A DNA stretch of 63,061 nt from a virus (Duplodnaviria > Caudoviricetes): positions 1-63,061 of the IMG/VR virus record IMGVR_UViG_3300026546_000003; one strand, 5' to 3'. Positions 18,251-30,400 of this stretch are shown piece by piece. The notes beneath the pieces were generated by a model. The model made no database searches and was not told where the DNA came from. It saw only the letters and a list, made by a program, of their open reading frames with translations. Made by a program: the position numbers and the translations under genes. Numbering within the stretch: the stretch's first letter is position 1; each line of letters starts with the position of its first letter.

Positions 18251-21200
18251 TTGATCCTTTTGCGGATTCTTTTGAGTTTAAATCTCATGAATTTGAATTT
18301 AGACCTAATTGTACATTATCAGATTTTTTTCCTGAATTAGAAGAATTTACAATGCTTGTCAATGATGAGGAAGTCCCTTCAGATTATATTATTCAAGAAG
18401 ATGATATGATTGTTTTTACTCCCTATGTTGGGGGAAAAGTTGGTGGGTATATTGCTTTAGCGGTAGCTGTTATTGCATTAGCTATTGCTACTTGGGGAGC
18501 AGGACTTGCGATTGCTGGTGCGGTAGCTGCATCTGGAACAGCGATGGGGAGTATTGGAGCAGCAGGAGCATTAATAACAATGGAAGGAATTGCCTCAACA
18601 GTAGTGGCGGGAATGACTGTTGGAACTTGGGCACAGATAGGGTTAATGGCAGCAATGATGGCCTTTAGTTTATTATCTCAAAAAAGTGGGTTACCAAGTG
18701 ATGCTCCTACAGAGAAAGAAAGAAGTGTATATTTATGGGGACAAAATAAAACCCAATCTAAAGTTATGGCGCCTATTCCTATTCTTTGTGGAAAATTCCC
18801 TCTTTACGGTAACTTAGTCGCAGCAAGGTCTGAGACAATAAATGTTAAAGATTATACCCATCCTATGATTGACATCGGGTATTTTGAGTTTGTTTTGTGT
18901 GCAAATCCTATTACTAGAATTGACGAAATTTACCTAAATAAATTAAAAGCTAATACGATGGATGATGAAGATCTATCAATGTTTTATTTAGCAGGAAGTG
19001 AGGATCAAGGCTATTTATGTGGAATTACTGAGGGAAGCCAAGAAGAAAATGGTGTTTATAGATTTAATGACTTAGATAATGATCCATTATCTTTAGGTGA
19101 AGCTATTGTTCCTGGAAATATAACAGAGAAGGTTTGGAGTCATGATTTAATTCAACCAACTCATCTACCCTATGATGATTTTGTTAGCCCTGTTAGTAAT
19201 ATAGCCGTGCAAATTGGGACCCCAACATTCATTGAATTTCTTGGTAAATGTGATGAAAATGGAAATCTACTTCCAGAGCCAAATTTAGACCAAGACGATA
19301 AAGATGAAGCTGATGCAGGTACATTATATATTTTAATCGCTCAAAGAAAGAAAGAAAAAATAGTTATAGAGGATGATCCAGATAATACAGGTATGAGTCC
19401 TTATACAAGCCATGAAGAATGGGTATATCCTTCTGGTTCATATATAGAGGAATTAGAGGAAGTTTATAAACATACTTATTTAGTTCTAGACCCAGGATAC
19501 AATCCTTTAGATTATATGAGTGAAAATGACCCTACACAACCAGATTATACAAGATATTTTGGGTCTCCTCAACAAGTAATGAAAATTCAATATATTAGTA
19601 CAATAGATGCAGGAACTGATAAACCAAAATTCTTATTAAAAGTATTAACCTTTGATGCAAGACGAGGAACAATCGTTCCTGATAATCCTGGATTTTTCTC
19701 TAAAACAGTTCATTTGAATTATAGTAAAAATTATAATAAAGGTTATAAACATCCTTGGTATGTTGATTATGAGGATGAATCTAATGTATCACCTCCATTA
19801 GAGACTGAATCAATTTATCCAGATGAGATTATTTATCAATTATATGCAAAATCAGGAATGTGGACTAGTTTTATGTATAAAGCTAGTAAACAACATTGGC
19901 GTGAAGATTTTGCATGGATAACTCTAGAATGGAAAGTAATTGAATATAGAGATGATGGGACAATTAGAGCTTGTATGCTATCTTCTAAAGGTAGACCGAA
20001 TTATTGGTGTAATCCATGGGATAATTTATACCCAGGATACAAACCAGGGCTATTAGGAATTAAAGATTTTACTAAATTCGCAACAATTTATACTGTAAAA
20101 TTGACTGATATTATTACACATCCTTTAGTTACTGATCATCCAGATTATGGAGCACCTACTTATGGAAGGCCTCAGTTAGAAAATGGTAAATTAACAGGGA
20201 GAAGATACCTTGTTACTGTTAGAATTGTTGATCACGGATATTGGGGGGAAAAAGATTCACCAATTCTATGGAAACCATTAGGGATTAATGGAGAGTTACT
20301 ACCAACTTGTCGTTCATATGGTCAAGTTAATGATTCTAAATTTAATCATAATTTTTCTCCAGCAGATAAACCTGATTCAGAAAAAATACATTATGATATT
20401 ACTTTATACAGAACAAAAGAAATTAAGTATACAAATAACATAACTTATCCTAATAAGACATGTTTAGGAATGGCTTTTAAAGCTAGTGAGTCTCAAAAAG
20501 ATCAAATGCCTCAAATTAGTGTATTAGCGAGAAATAAGATTTTAGTTTGGGATGCTCCAGTAGTTGATGGGGAAATTGATTGGTCAACAGTTGAAGATTT
20601 TTCAAATCACTGGACATATAAACATTCTCGTAATCCTGCATATATTTGCTTAGATCTTTTATTTAACTCATATTATGGTGCGTGTATTGGAGGGTATGGT
20701 TCTAGCTCCCCTCAAGGCTCTCCAGAATTTAATGAAAAAGTTGCTGAATTTTGTAAAGCGGTAGATGTTAAAAAATTCTGTAAATTTGCTTTATACTGTG
20801 ATGATCCTGTTTCAACTATTGCTGGGTTAGAGCCAAAAACAAGTGAGCCTAGTGGGTTAGATGATCCTGATGAATGGGTGGGGGTTAATGAAGGTGAAAT
20901 TACTATGTGGTATCCAAAGCGCCATGTATTTAATGGGTTAATTGATACTGAAAAATCTGTTTTAGATGTTATTAACCGTATATTACAAGGATACGATGCT
21001 CAAGTTTTCTTTTCAGGTGATGCATTTTCATTATATTATAATGATGAAAGGTACTTAGATGATAATTTAGTCCCTGTACAGTTATTCACTTCCTCTACTA
21101 TTAAAGAGGGGTCTTTTATCCAAAGTTTTCTAAACCCAACATTAAAAGCGCACATTCTTGAAACAAGTTATTTAGATGAAAATAACTTTTATGAAAAGAC

Positions 21201-23205
21201 TCCAGTTATTTATATGCCATATGACATGAGTCAAGTAAAAGTAAATCAAAAAACTACAGTAGATTTATTTGGGTATACTAATAAACATCGTGTTATCCAT
21301 CAATTACATAAGATTTTACGTATAACTAATTTTATGACACAAGTTGTTGAGTTTGACACAGCAACTCAAGGGTTATCTTTACAAATTGGTGATTTAATTG
21401 GGGTAACTCATGAGTATATTGAATGGGGTGCTTCAGACATTTTTGATTTAAAAACTTCTGGGCGTGTATTAAAAACAGAAGGTGATAAAGTTTATTTAGA
21501 CAAAGTTATTAAACAAGAGCAATCTACTGTTAATTTAGCTGGGTACTTTATATTAATGCAGGCAGTTAATGATGATTCAGCCCGAGTTCAAGCAAAAATT
21601 AAAAGTTCTGTTGATACCCAAGATTTTACAATATTAACTTTAGAACAACCATTACCTTTTGAGTTTCCTATAGAGAGTATTTATATCTTAGGAAGAGTTG
21701 ATGAGTTATATAAAGATTGGATTGTTACTGATTTAACTATGAATGTTGATACAGTAAAAGTTAAAGCTGTAGAGTTTAATCCAGATTTATTCTCACCAAA
21801 TATGTTAATTACAGATATTTTTGCAGGGTATTTTAATGCAGATGATTGTAAACCAAGAAATTTAGAAGCATCATGTGATTTAGATCATTTTATTGTTTCT
21901 TGGTCTCCTCCTAAGTTTTTAGCGTCTAAGAAAGATAATGAATACCAAGTTTCTCTAGTAAAATATCTTATTTATTACAAATCTTTTGGAGATATTTGGG
22001 GAAGTTCTTATGAATCTAAATGGTCGTTAATAGGAGAAACTACTAATACTAATTTTATAGCAGAAAATCCACCAGAACATTATACAAAGTTATATAAAAT
22101 TGTTCCTGTTGTTAAAATTAATGGAAATGTTATGTACATTCCAACTTCATGGTGTGATTCTGTGGAACTCGTTTGTGATAGTACAATTCATGATTATTTA
22201 AAAGGCCCAAAAGTTACTCGAATTGAAGTTTCTGAGCCAAGATCTGGAATTGAGGATGTTGTAGATATTAATATTTATTTTGAACGAATTCCAGTTATTT
22301 ATAAAGAGCAAGACAATTGGATTGGGCTTTGGACATTATTTAGTGAAACAAACTCAGAAAATTGGTTAGGCCCACGAAACATTCAATTAACTAGAAATGT
22401 TCATAAACATGCAAAAGAACTTTATGTTAACACGATTGATGGATTACCTACTCGAAACGGGAAAGTTTTTGGGCTATTAGTAGTTGATAATAATGACATC
22501 ATAATGGTTACTAACTCTCAATGGATTTCTTCTTCTGAATACCGTTTAGATTTAGTATATCATGATGATCTTGCATTAAGTAGAAGATATGCATTATTTG
22601 ATTCTTATCCAGCTACGACCCAAGTTGTAAGTGCTCATTACGGATTTTGGCCAGTTAGGTATTTTGCTACTCATGAACATAATGGATTAGATGTAAGCCC
22701 AGCAGAGTCTCATTTAGTATTTAATACTATTTATAGATTTGACCCTGAAACAAATCAAATTATTTTAGCTGATCCAACTCAAGATGAGGAAGTTTGGAAG
22801 TTACAACAAACTAGTGCAAGTATTAGTAAATATTACACAATAACTTCAGGAAAAGAAAATGTTATTAGTTATCCTTCTACTTTAGGAGTTACGGAAGAGA
22901 ATAAATTTTTTATGGAAGTTGGTAAAAAATCTAAAGATACTAATGAATTTGAAATAAACTGGGCTTGGATGGTTAATAATGGTTGGACACATGATATTTT
23001 TGTCGCCGGCTTAAATAGAATGGAAAATTATAAAAAACTTGCTTATATTAAAGATTTCGGAGATAGTGAGCAATATATAACTTTAGCGGATGTTCCAACT
23101 CAAGAATCCGGAACGTATACTTGGGTGGGAATACAACATGCTAGAGAAGATCATGATGAAAATATTGGATATACATCTTATATTCCACTAGTTGAGGTTT
23201 TATAA
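18232..23205 (+). CDS. Tail tip/host specificity protein J-like with N-terminal gpI-like region
   Basis: 1657 aa; ubiquitin-like start plus hydrophobic Gly/Ala stretch, PIPILCG, YPN, SRNPAY, LQIGDLI, FnIII-like VSWSPP. Confidence 0.88.
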   Translation: MVIAELIDPFADSFEFKSHEFEFRPNCTLSDFFPELEEFTMLVNDEEVPSDYIIQEDDMIVFTPYVGGKVGGYIALAVAVIALAIATWGAGLAIAGAVAASGTAMGSIGAAGALITMEGIASTVVAGMTVGTWAQIGLMAAMMAFSLLSQKSGLPSDAPTEKERSVYLWGQNKTQSKVMAPIPILCGKFPLYGNLVAARSETINVKDYTHPMIDIGYFEFVLCANPITRIDEIYLNKLKANTMDDEDLSMFYLAGSEDQGYLCGITEGSQEENGVYRFNDLDNDPLSLGEAIVPGNITEKVWSHDLIQPTHLPYDDFVSPVSNIAVQIGTPTFIEFLGKCDENGNLLPEPNLDQDDKDEADAGTLYILIAQRKKEKIVIEDDPDNTGMSPYTSHEEWVYPSGSYIEELEEVYKHTYLVLDPGYNPLDYMSENDPTQPDYTRYFGSPQQVMKIQYISTIDAGTDKPKFLLKVLTFDARRGTIVPDNPGFFSKTVHLNYSKNYNKGYKHPWYVDYEDESNVSPPLETESIYPDEIIYQLYAKSGMWTSFMYKASKQHWREDFAWITLEWKVIEYRDDGTIRACMLSSKGRPNYWCNPWDNLYPGYKPGLLGIKDFTKFATIYTVKLTDIITHPLVTDHPDYGAPTYGRPQLENGKLTGRRYLVTVRIVDHGYWGEKDSPILWKPLGINGELLPTCRSYGQVNDSKFNHNFSPADKPDSEKIHYDITLYRTKEIKYTNNITYPNKTCLGMAFKASESQKDQMPQISVLARNKILVWDAPVVDGEIDWSTVEDFSNHWTYKHSRNPAYICLDLLFNSYYGACIGGYGSSSPQGSPEFNEKVAEFCKAVDVKKFCKFALYCDDPVSTIAGLEPKTSEPSGLDDPDEWVGVNEGEITMWYPKRHVFNGLIDTEKSVLDVINRILQGYDAQVFFSGDAFSLYYNDERYLDDNLVPVQLFTSSTIKEGSFIQSFLNPTLKAHILETSYLDENNFYEKTPVIYMPYDMSQVKVNQKTTVDLFGYTNKHRVIHQLHKILRITNFMTQVVEFDTATQGLSLQIGDLIGVTHEYIEWGASDIFDLKTSGRVLKTEGDKVYLDKVIKQEQSTVNLAGYFILMQAVNDDSARVQAKIKSSVDTQDFTILTLEQPLPFEFPIESIYILGRVDELYKDWIVTDLTMNVDTVKVKAVEFNPDLFSPNMLITDIFAGYFNADDCKPRNLEASCDLDHFIVSWSPPKFLASKKDNEYQVSLVKYLIYYKSFGDIWGSSYESKWSLIGETTNTNFIAENPPEHYTKLYKIVPVVKINGNVMYIPTSWCDSVELVCDSTIHDYLKGPKVTRIEVSEPRSGIEDVVDINIYFERIPVIYKEQDNWIGLWTLFSETNSENWLGPRNIQLTRNVHKHAKELYVNTIDGLPTRNGKVFGLLVVDNNDIIMVTNSQWISSSEYRLDLVYHDDLALSRRYALFDSYPATTQVVSAHYGFWPVRYFATHEHNGLDVSPAESHLVFNTIYRFDPETNQIILADPTQDEEVWKLQQTSASISKYYTITSGKENVISYPSTLGVTEENKFFMEVGKKSKDTNEFEINWAWMVNNGWTHDIFVAGLNRMENYKKLAYIKDFGDSEQYITLADVPTQESGTYTWVGIQHAREDHDENIGYTSYIPLVEVL

Positions 23206-26200
23206 TGGCTTTAAATACTACACCTACTACTTCATACACACACTCTAATAGAATAAATATTCCATTTTCTCAAAAAGGGATTGATTCTGATAAACCCTAT
23301 CTTGTGGGATCTGGTTTCCATGCTGGTGCTATTGATTTTTCTCGCTGGCAATCTACTATTGATGCGTATGTTGGAGTAGGTCTAAATTCTTACGGATTTT
23401 ATGGTATTAGTTATGATCCATTAGGAAATCTTCCAAATTATTTAGTATCAGTTCGTGGATGGAAAGATTCAGATTGGGGAAATGTTATTGCTGGTGAATT
23501 TAGAATTGGTGATAATGTTAAAGAAGATAATGGAACTTTAGTTGGTACGGATTGGCTTTGGTATAAGCCAGGAGTGGGCTTGAATATTTCAGGCCCACTT
23601 CTTCGTACCACTTCGTCAGATACTAACTTAATTACGTCTCCTAATTTTGACTCTTCTACTGAATTTGAGACTACTTTTACCCATCAAACTTCAGGTGGTT
23701 TTTCTGATAGTGCTTGTTTTGTTGCAAATGCTGATGGGTACTTACGAGTAAAAGGAAATAAGACTACTGATGGTTCCACTCATATTAGAGGGTCTATTTT
23801 TTCATTTATTTCTCCTGATTTTATTGGGGATATCTCTATAGTTGCGAAAGTCTATAATAAAGATGATGAATATTTAGGACAATCTTCCACTGCAATTACT
23901 GTATTAGGAAGTCAGTGGAGAAAGTCTTATTATGCATTACGTATAGACTCATATACAGATTTATTCCCCGATCATTTTACTATTGAATTACAAATTACTA
24001 ATTACCAATCCGGTTCAGTAATTTTCGATAATTGGAATGCTTATAAAGTTTTTACTTCCGCTTTTTCAAATTTAGATTTATCAGAGACTTTACCAGATAT
24101 ACCTAATGGAACGGTTGTTGATGCTACAGGATTTAGGGCATTTTCTAATAGTAACCTAACCTTTAAAGTAGACGCAGCTTCAGGAAATGTATTTACAAGA
24201 GGAAGTTTATTAGTTAATGGATATGTTCATTCAGGTCATATTTATAAAGCTGATAATACTGAAACAATAGATCCATATGAAGTTGTTTACTGGAATGGTT
24301 GTGGGGTTAATGAATATGGTATTTATGGTATTAAAGCGGAGGTTGACCAAAATGGAAATCACGTTTCTTCAACTTCTAAATTTCTACTAGCTGCTAAAGA
24401 ATTTGGTGACGGTGACCCTAATGGAACATACTGGGGAATGGGTGCTGAAAGTGGGGAATTTAGAGTTGGGGATGACTGTAGAAAGGTAAGTACATATTCT
24501 TTAGCAGGTAATTCTTATATTTGGTTTGAGCCTTCAACAGGGAATCTTAAAATAAAAGGTGCTGATGTATCTGCTAGTGCTTTTATCGCTACTACTGAGA
24601 TTAATAATATTTACTATTGGTCAGCGTTTAATGATACTGGATTTGCCTCAGGTTATACTGATGGAGCAACTTCGACTTATACTTTTTTTGTTAGTAATCA
24701 TGGAGGTTCTTTAAATACTGACCCAGGAGAACTTCGTTTAGGTGGAGACGTTGCCTCAAGAGCTACTTCTAGTCTATGGTTTACTCCTACTGACGGGTTA
24801 CATTTAGAAGCACCCCTAAAATTATCTCCTAATGATACTTCAGGAACTTCGGTATATATTGGAATTGAGGATACCAATGGGGATACTTATATTAGTGGTC
24901 AAGGTATAGCTTTAAGAGATCATTTATCATCATCATGGCGAGCTTTCCTTCTAAATTCTACTCATGATTTTGCTAAGAATAATAATGCGATTTTCTATGT
25001 AGGATCTGGGTATACAGAGGGAATTAGCCCAAATTTAGGAACTAGTTATCTATATTGGGATGGGCTAAACTTATATATTAATGGTCATGGAATAGAAGTT
25101 AAGGATGATAGTACTACTATTGGCACAAATGCTGGAGATGATGTTGAGTTAACTAATTTACATTTAAGTGGGGCATTAACTTTATCTAATAGTACTACTG
25201 CTAGTCCGTCTTCTTATATTGGGATTGAAAGCTCTAGTGGCGATACTTATATTAATGGGCAAGGTATAGCATTAAGAGATCATTTAGCTTCATCTTGGAA
25301 AGGTTTTTTACTTAATTCTAGTCATCCATTTGCTAAGAATAATAATCCAGTTTTCTATGTAGGATCTGGATATACAGATGGAACTAATCCAACTTTAGGA
25401 ACTAGTTATTATACTGGAATGGCTCAAATCTTTATATTAACGGACATGGTATTGATGTTGCTCCAACTACAACTACTATTGGTACAGGTAATGGAAATGA
25501 TGTTAAGTTAACTAATTTAGAATTAACAGGAAAATTAACATTAACTGGATCATCAAATACAAGTGGGGTTCCTTCTTCATATATTGGAGTAGTTGGAACA
25601 AATAGTGCGACATATATAAGCTCTGATGGAATAGCTATTAGGGCAAATAATACATGGCAAGCCTTTCTATTAGGTTCTCAACATCCATTTGCAGATAGTA
25701 CAAATGCTGTATTCTATGTTGGTAATGGTTATGTTAATGGATCTAATTTAGGAAGCAACCATATTTATTTTAATGGGAGTACTCTAGATATTACAATTAG
25801 TGGGGAAACTATTCTTCATGCAGGTAGTGATCTAGATTGGGATAAGTTAAATGGCGTTCCGGCTCCTGTAGTAACTAATGAATATGTTAAAACTATTTCT
25901 GCCACAGGTTGGTATAGAATTGCATCAAACCCAGGTAATAGAGCGCACGCCAAATTCTTAATTAAAAACACAGAAAATGGTAGGCATCAAACCACAGAAT
26001 TCTTAGTTGGTGTAGCCTATAATAGAGTTACCCAAATTGGTTTTTCATTACTTGCAAATACTACTTATGGTGCTAATGTTATAACTAAGGTTCGAGTATT
26101 AACAGCTGATACTTATGATGCCCAGTATGTTGAAGTTTATATTGATAACCCAGCCGGTAGTACTGATGGTTATCATATTTACATGAAAGATAATATCCAA

Positions 26201-27178
26201 ACAGATGGGTGGACATTACGCAATTTTACCGCAGGGTCTATACCTTCAGGATATACAGCTACAGAATTCCCAATAAGTAATGCGGATACTGTAGGAAATA
26301 CCGCAAACTGGGATAAAGTCGATGGAGCTAATAAACCTGAGGATAATGCGACTCAAGGAGCAGATTGGGCACTTACTTCTGATGGGATTTCAGGATTGCC
26401 TAGTATTCTTACTCCTTCTATAAGTGGTATGGCTCATTCTACAGGTATTAGTGTAAAAGCTACTGAAATTGTAGGATTTAAAAGTGGTACTAAAACTGTT
26501 CATTTAGACTCGTCAGGTAATTTTGCCTTAGGAAGTACTGGTGGAACGCGTTATTTATATTGGGATGGATCTTCTTTAACAGTGAAGGGGGAAATTTTAG
26601 CTACTTCTGGGCAATTTTTAAATACTTTTTATGTAGGAACTTCTTCTAATGGTATATTATTAAATGCAATTAATGCTCCTTATATGAGATCTACTACTTT
26701 TGATTCTTCTTCTGGATCAGACTCAAGTTATAAAGGATGGCAGTTAAATGCAAATGGTGATATTTATACTAGACGAATTGTAGGGAAATATTTAGATTCT
26801 AATGGAAATTTTGTTGATTCTCCTTTATGGGTAATAGGGGAGTCAGTACATATAGCTCCGTCTTATACATATAATGCAGGGGGACAACTTCATTTAGACC
26901 ATTATGGAGGAACCTGTGTTTTTGTAAATACACAAGGTCAAGGTAAAGAATTATTTCATTTTAATTCTGTGGGAGTAGGATTTCTAGGGGTAACTCCTGT
27001 CGATAAGCAATCTCTTGGAGGTGGAGGTAATTTATACTCTTATCCTTGGTCTGACTCAAGCACTCCAACAACAGACCAATTAGAGGCGGATATCTCGAAT
27101 ATAGCGTCTCAATTAAATACAATAACGCAATTATTATATAAATTTGGATTAGCATCCAATAACCCACAATGGAGTTAA
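23205..27178 (+). CDS. Tail fibre/spike-like protein (~1324 aa) interrupted by a 1-nt frameshift at ~25410; joins ORFs 23205..25511 and 26183..27178
   Basis: Internal ~120-aa repeats show that TSYLYW is broken by a missing base; the alternative frame from 25412 is open without stops to 27178. Confidence 0.8.
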
Positions 27179-27179
27179 T

Positions 27180-27491
27180 ATGCTTAAAACTAGACTATTA
27201 GATAAAATTAACCAAATAAATAAAAAACAAGATTTATTAGAATTATCTCATTTACTACATTTAGAAGTGACTATAGAGGATTTAGGTACCCCTATTTGGG
27301 TTAAAATAAAGAAAAGGGTACCTTTATTAAATCCAATAGAAAAGCAACAATTTTCTGATATTCATATCCAAAAATTAATTAACAATGTAGATAAAGTTAG
27401 AGTTGTTTTAGTTGACGGTTATTATGTTAACCCAGACTTACAAATAAAACTAAAACCAGAATGGGTAGATATTGTTAAGGAGAAAGACTAA
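27180..27491 (+). CDS. Hypothetical protein (possible fibre chaperone)
   Basis: Translationally coupled between fibre genes. Confidence 0.6.
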   Translation: MLKTRLLDKINQINKKQDLLELSHLLHLEVTIEDLGTPIWVKIKKRVPLLNPIEKQQFSDIHIQKLINNVDKVRVVLVDGYYVNPDLQIKLKPEWVDIVKEKD

Positions 27492-30400
27492 TGGCTTTAA
27501 CACCAGAACAAGAACAACAATTATTAGCACATCTTTCTAGTACTAATAATCCCCATATTACAACTAGTTCTCAAATTGGGATAGTTAACACAGACAACGT
27601 GCCGGAAGGTAGGATTAATTTATATGGAATTACTTCAACTAGTCTTGTTGTACCTATTAAAGATTGGTTTCCAGATGCAGTAAGTTATGGTTATGAAATT
27701 ACTAAAAATACTGGATGGGGAGTTAATTTATCTCAGGGGTATGTTTGGATTGGTGGTCAGCAATATAATAATACTGGTATTACTGATATTTTTCAAATTA
27801 CTCCTCCTAGTGGTAGTGATAGAACAGACTTAGTTTACTTAGATCAGAATAACGCGTCAACTGATTATACTTTATTACCAAGTATTCAGGAGGGGGATGT
27901 AACTCTCCCTTCTGGGTGCTTCGCACTTTGTGAGATTTTTGTTCCAAGTACTGCTACAGATATTACTCAATGTACTATTACTGATAAGAGAGTTTTAGTC
28001 GGAGATGTTAATGTTGAGGCTGCTGTAGATGCGGCAAATGAGGCAGAAACTTATAAAGATCAAGCTGCTACAAGTGCTAGTAATGCAGCAACTAGTGAAA
28101 CTAATGCCGCTAATAGTGCTAGTGCGGCTGCAACAAGTGAATCTAACGCAGCAACTAGTGAAACTAACGCATCAAATTCGGCTAGTGCTGCTGCTACAAG
28201 TGAGTCAAATGCTGCTAATAGTGCTAGTGCAGCGTCTACCAGTGAAACTAATGCATCTAATAGTGCTAGTGCTGCTGCAACTAGTGAGACTAATGCTGCT
28301 AATAGTGCTAGTGCTGCTGCTACAAGTGCTAGTAATGCAGCAACTAGTGAGTCAAATGCTGCTAATAGTGCTACTGCAGCTTCTACAAGTGAAACTAATG
28401 CAGCGAATAGTGAAACTAATGCATCGAATAGTGCTAGTGCCGCTGCAACTAGTGAAACTAATGCATCGAATAGTGCTACTGCGTCTGCTAACAGTGCTAG
28501 TGCCGCTTCTACAAGTGAAACTAATGCATCGAATAGTGCTAGTAATGCAGCAACTAGTGAATCAAATGCAGAGACTTATAAAAATCAAGCAGCAACTAGT
28601 GAATCAAATGCAGAGACTTATAAAAACCAAGCTGCTACAAGTGAGTCAAATGCTGCAAATTCTGCAAGTGCTGCGGCAAATAGCGCCACAAATGCATCAA
28701 ATAGCGAATCAAATGCTGCTACAAGTGCTACTACCGCTGTAAATGCGAAAGATACAGCAGTTACTTATAGAGATGAAGCATATGATTGGGCTGAAGAAGC
28801 CGAGGATACTCAAGTAACAGATAGTGCAGGCCATACCGGATATTCAGCATACCATTGGGCTAAAAAAGCGGAACAAAGTGCTGGTCAAGGTGATATGCAA
28901 AGTACTACCTATGACCCTAATAATATTGAAGCAGATGTTTTTAATCGAGCTAATCATACTGGCACACAAACAGCTAGTACTATTTCTGATTTTGATACAG
29001 AGGTTAGTAATAATACAGATGTAGCTGCTAATACTACTTTTCGTAATTCTAAAGGAACTGCGAATGGAGTTGCTGAATTAGACGCAAATGGAACAGTTCC
29101 TTCTGCTCAACTACCTTCATTTGTTGATGATGTTTTAGAATATAATGATTTTGCTAGTCTTCCAGCTACTGGAGAAACTGGAAAGATTTATATAACATTA
29201 GATGATAATAAGACTTATAGATGGGGTGGCTCAGTTTATGTAACTATTGGTACTTCTCTAGCTTTAGGGGAAACTTCTGATACTGCTTATAGAGGGGATC
29301 GAGGTAAAATAGCTTATGATCATTCCCAAACAGCTCATGCTCCAGCTGATGCTACTCATAATAGTCCAGATAGTACTTTATTAGATAGAGCTAATCATAC
29401 TGGTACTCAAACAGCTAGTACTATTTCTGATTTTGATACAGAGGTTAGTAATAATACAGATGTATCAGCTAATACAACACATAGAAATAGTGCTCATGCT
29501 CCTTCTGACGCTACTCATAATAGCCCAGATAGTACTTTATTAGATAGATCAAATCATACTGGTACTCAAACAGCTAGTACTATTTCTGATTTTGATACTG
29601 AAGTAAGTAATAATACAGATGTATCAGCTAATACAACACATAGAAATAGTCTTCATGCTCCTTCTGATGCTACTCATAATAGTCCAGATAGTACTTTATT
29701 AGATAGAGCTAATCATACTGGTACTCAAACAGCTAGTACTATTTCTGATTTTGATACTGAAGTAAGTAATAACACTGATGTATCAGCTAATACAACACAT
29801 AGAAATAGTCTTCATGCTCCTTCTGATGCTACTCATAATAGCCCAGATAGTACTTTATTAGATAGAACTAATCATACTGGTACTCAAACAGCTAGTACTA
29901 TTTCTGATTTTGATACTGAAGTAAGTAATAACACTGATGTATCAGCTAATACTACTTTTATTAATAATATAAATACTAGTATTGGTAATATAATGAATCC
30001 TTTGCTTCATTTACCTTTAAAGAATGGATTTAACATACCTTTTGGAGTTGGGGATGTTACTTTTACTCGCGCATCTAGTGCAACTTATATAGATTTGCAA
30101 GGTATTGTACAAAAAGTAGGAAATGATGAGCCAAGATTTTGTAAAGATGGTTTGCTTATGGAAGGGGAATCAACTAATTCACTACCGTATTCAGAAGAAC
30201 TTGATCATGCAGGTTGGTCTAAGTATAATTTAACAATTTCAGCAAATGCTACCACTGCCCCAGATGGGACAACTACTGCTGATGGATTAATTGCAGATTC
30301 AAATGGTTATTGGCACTCAGTAGAGAAGGATTATCTGTCTATTACTGGAAATATTTTCTCTTTTTCCTTCTTTGTTAAAAAAGGAGATAAAGATTGGGTC

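Noticed and set aside
28029-29024. Alternative-frame ORFs inside the fibre gene
   Set aside because: Shadow frames of low-complexity Ala/Ser repeats
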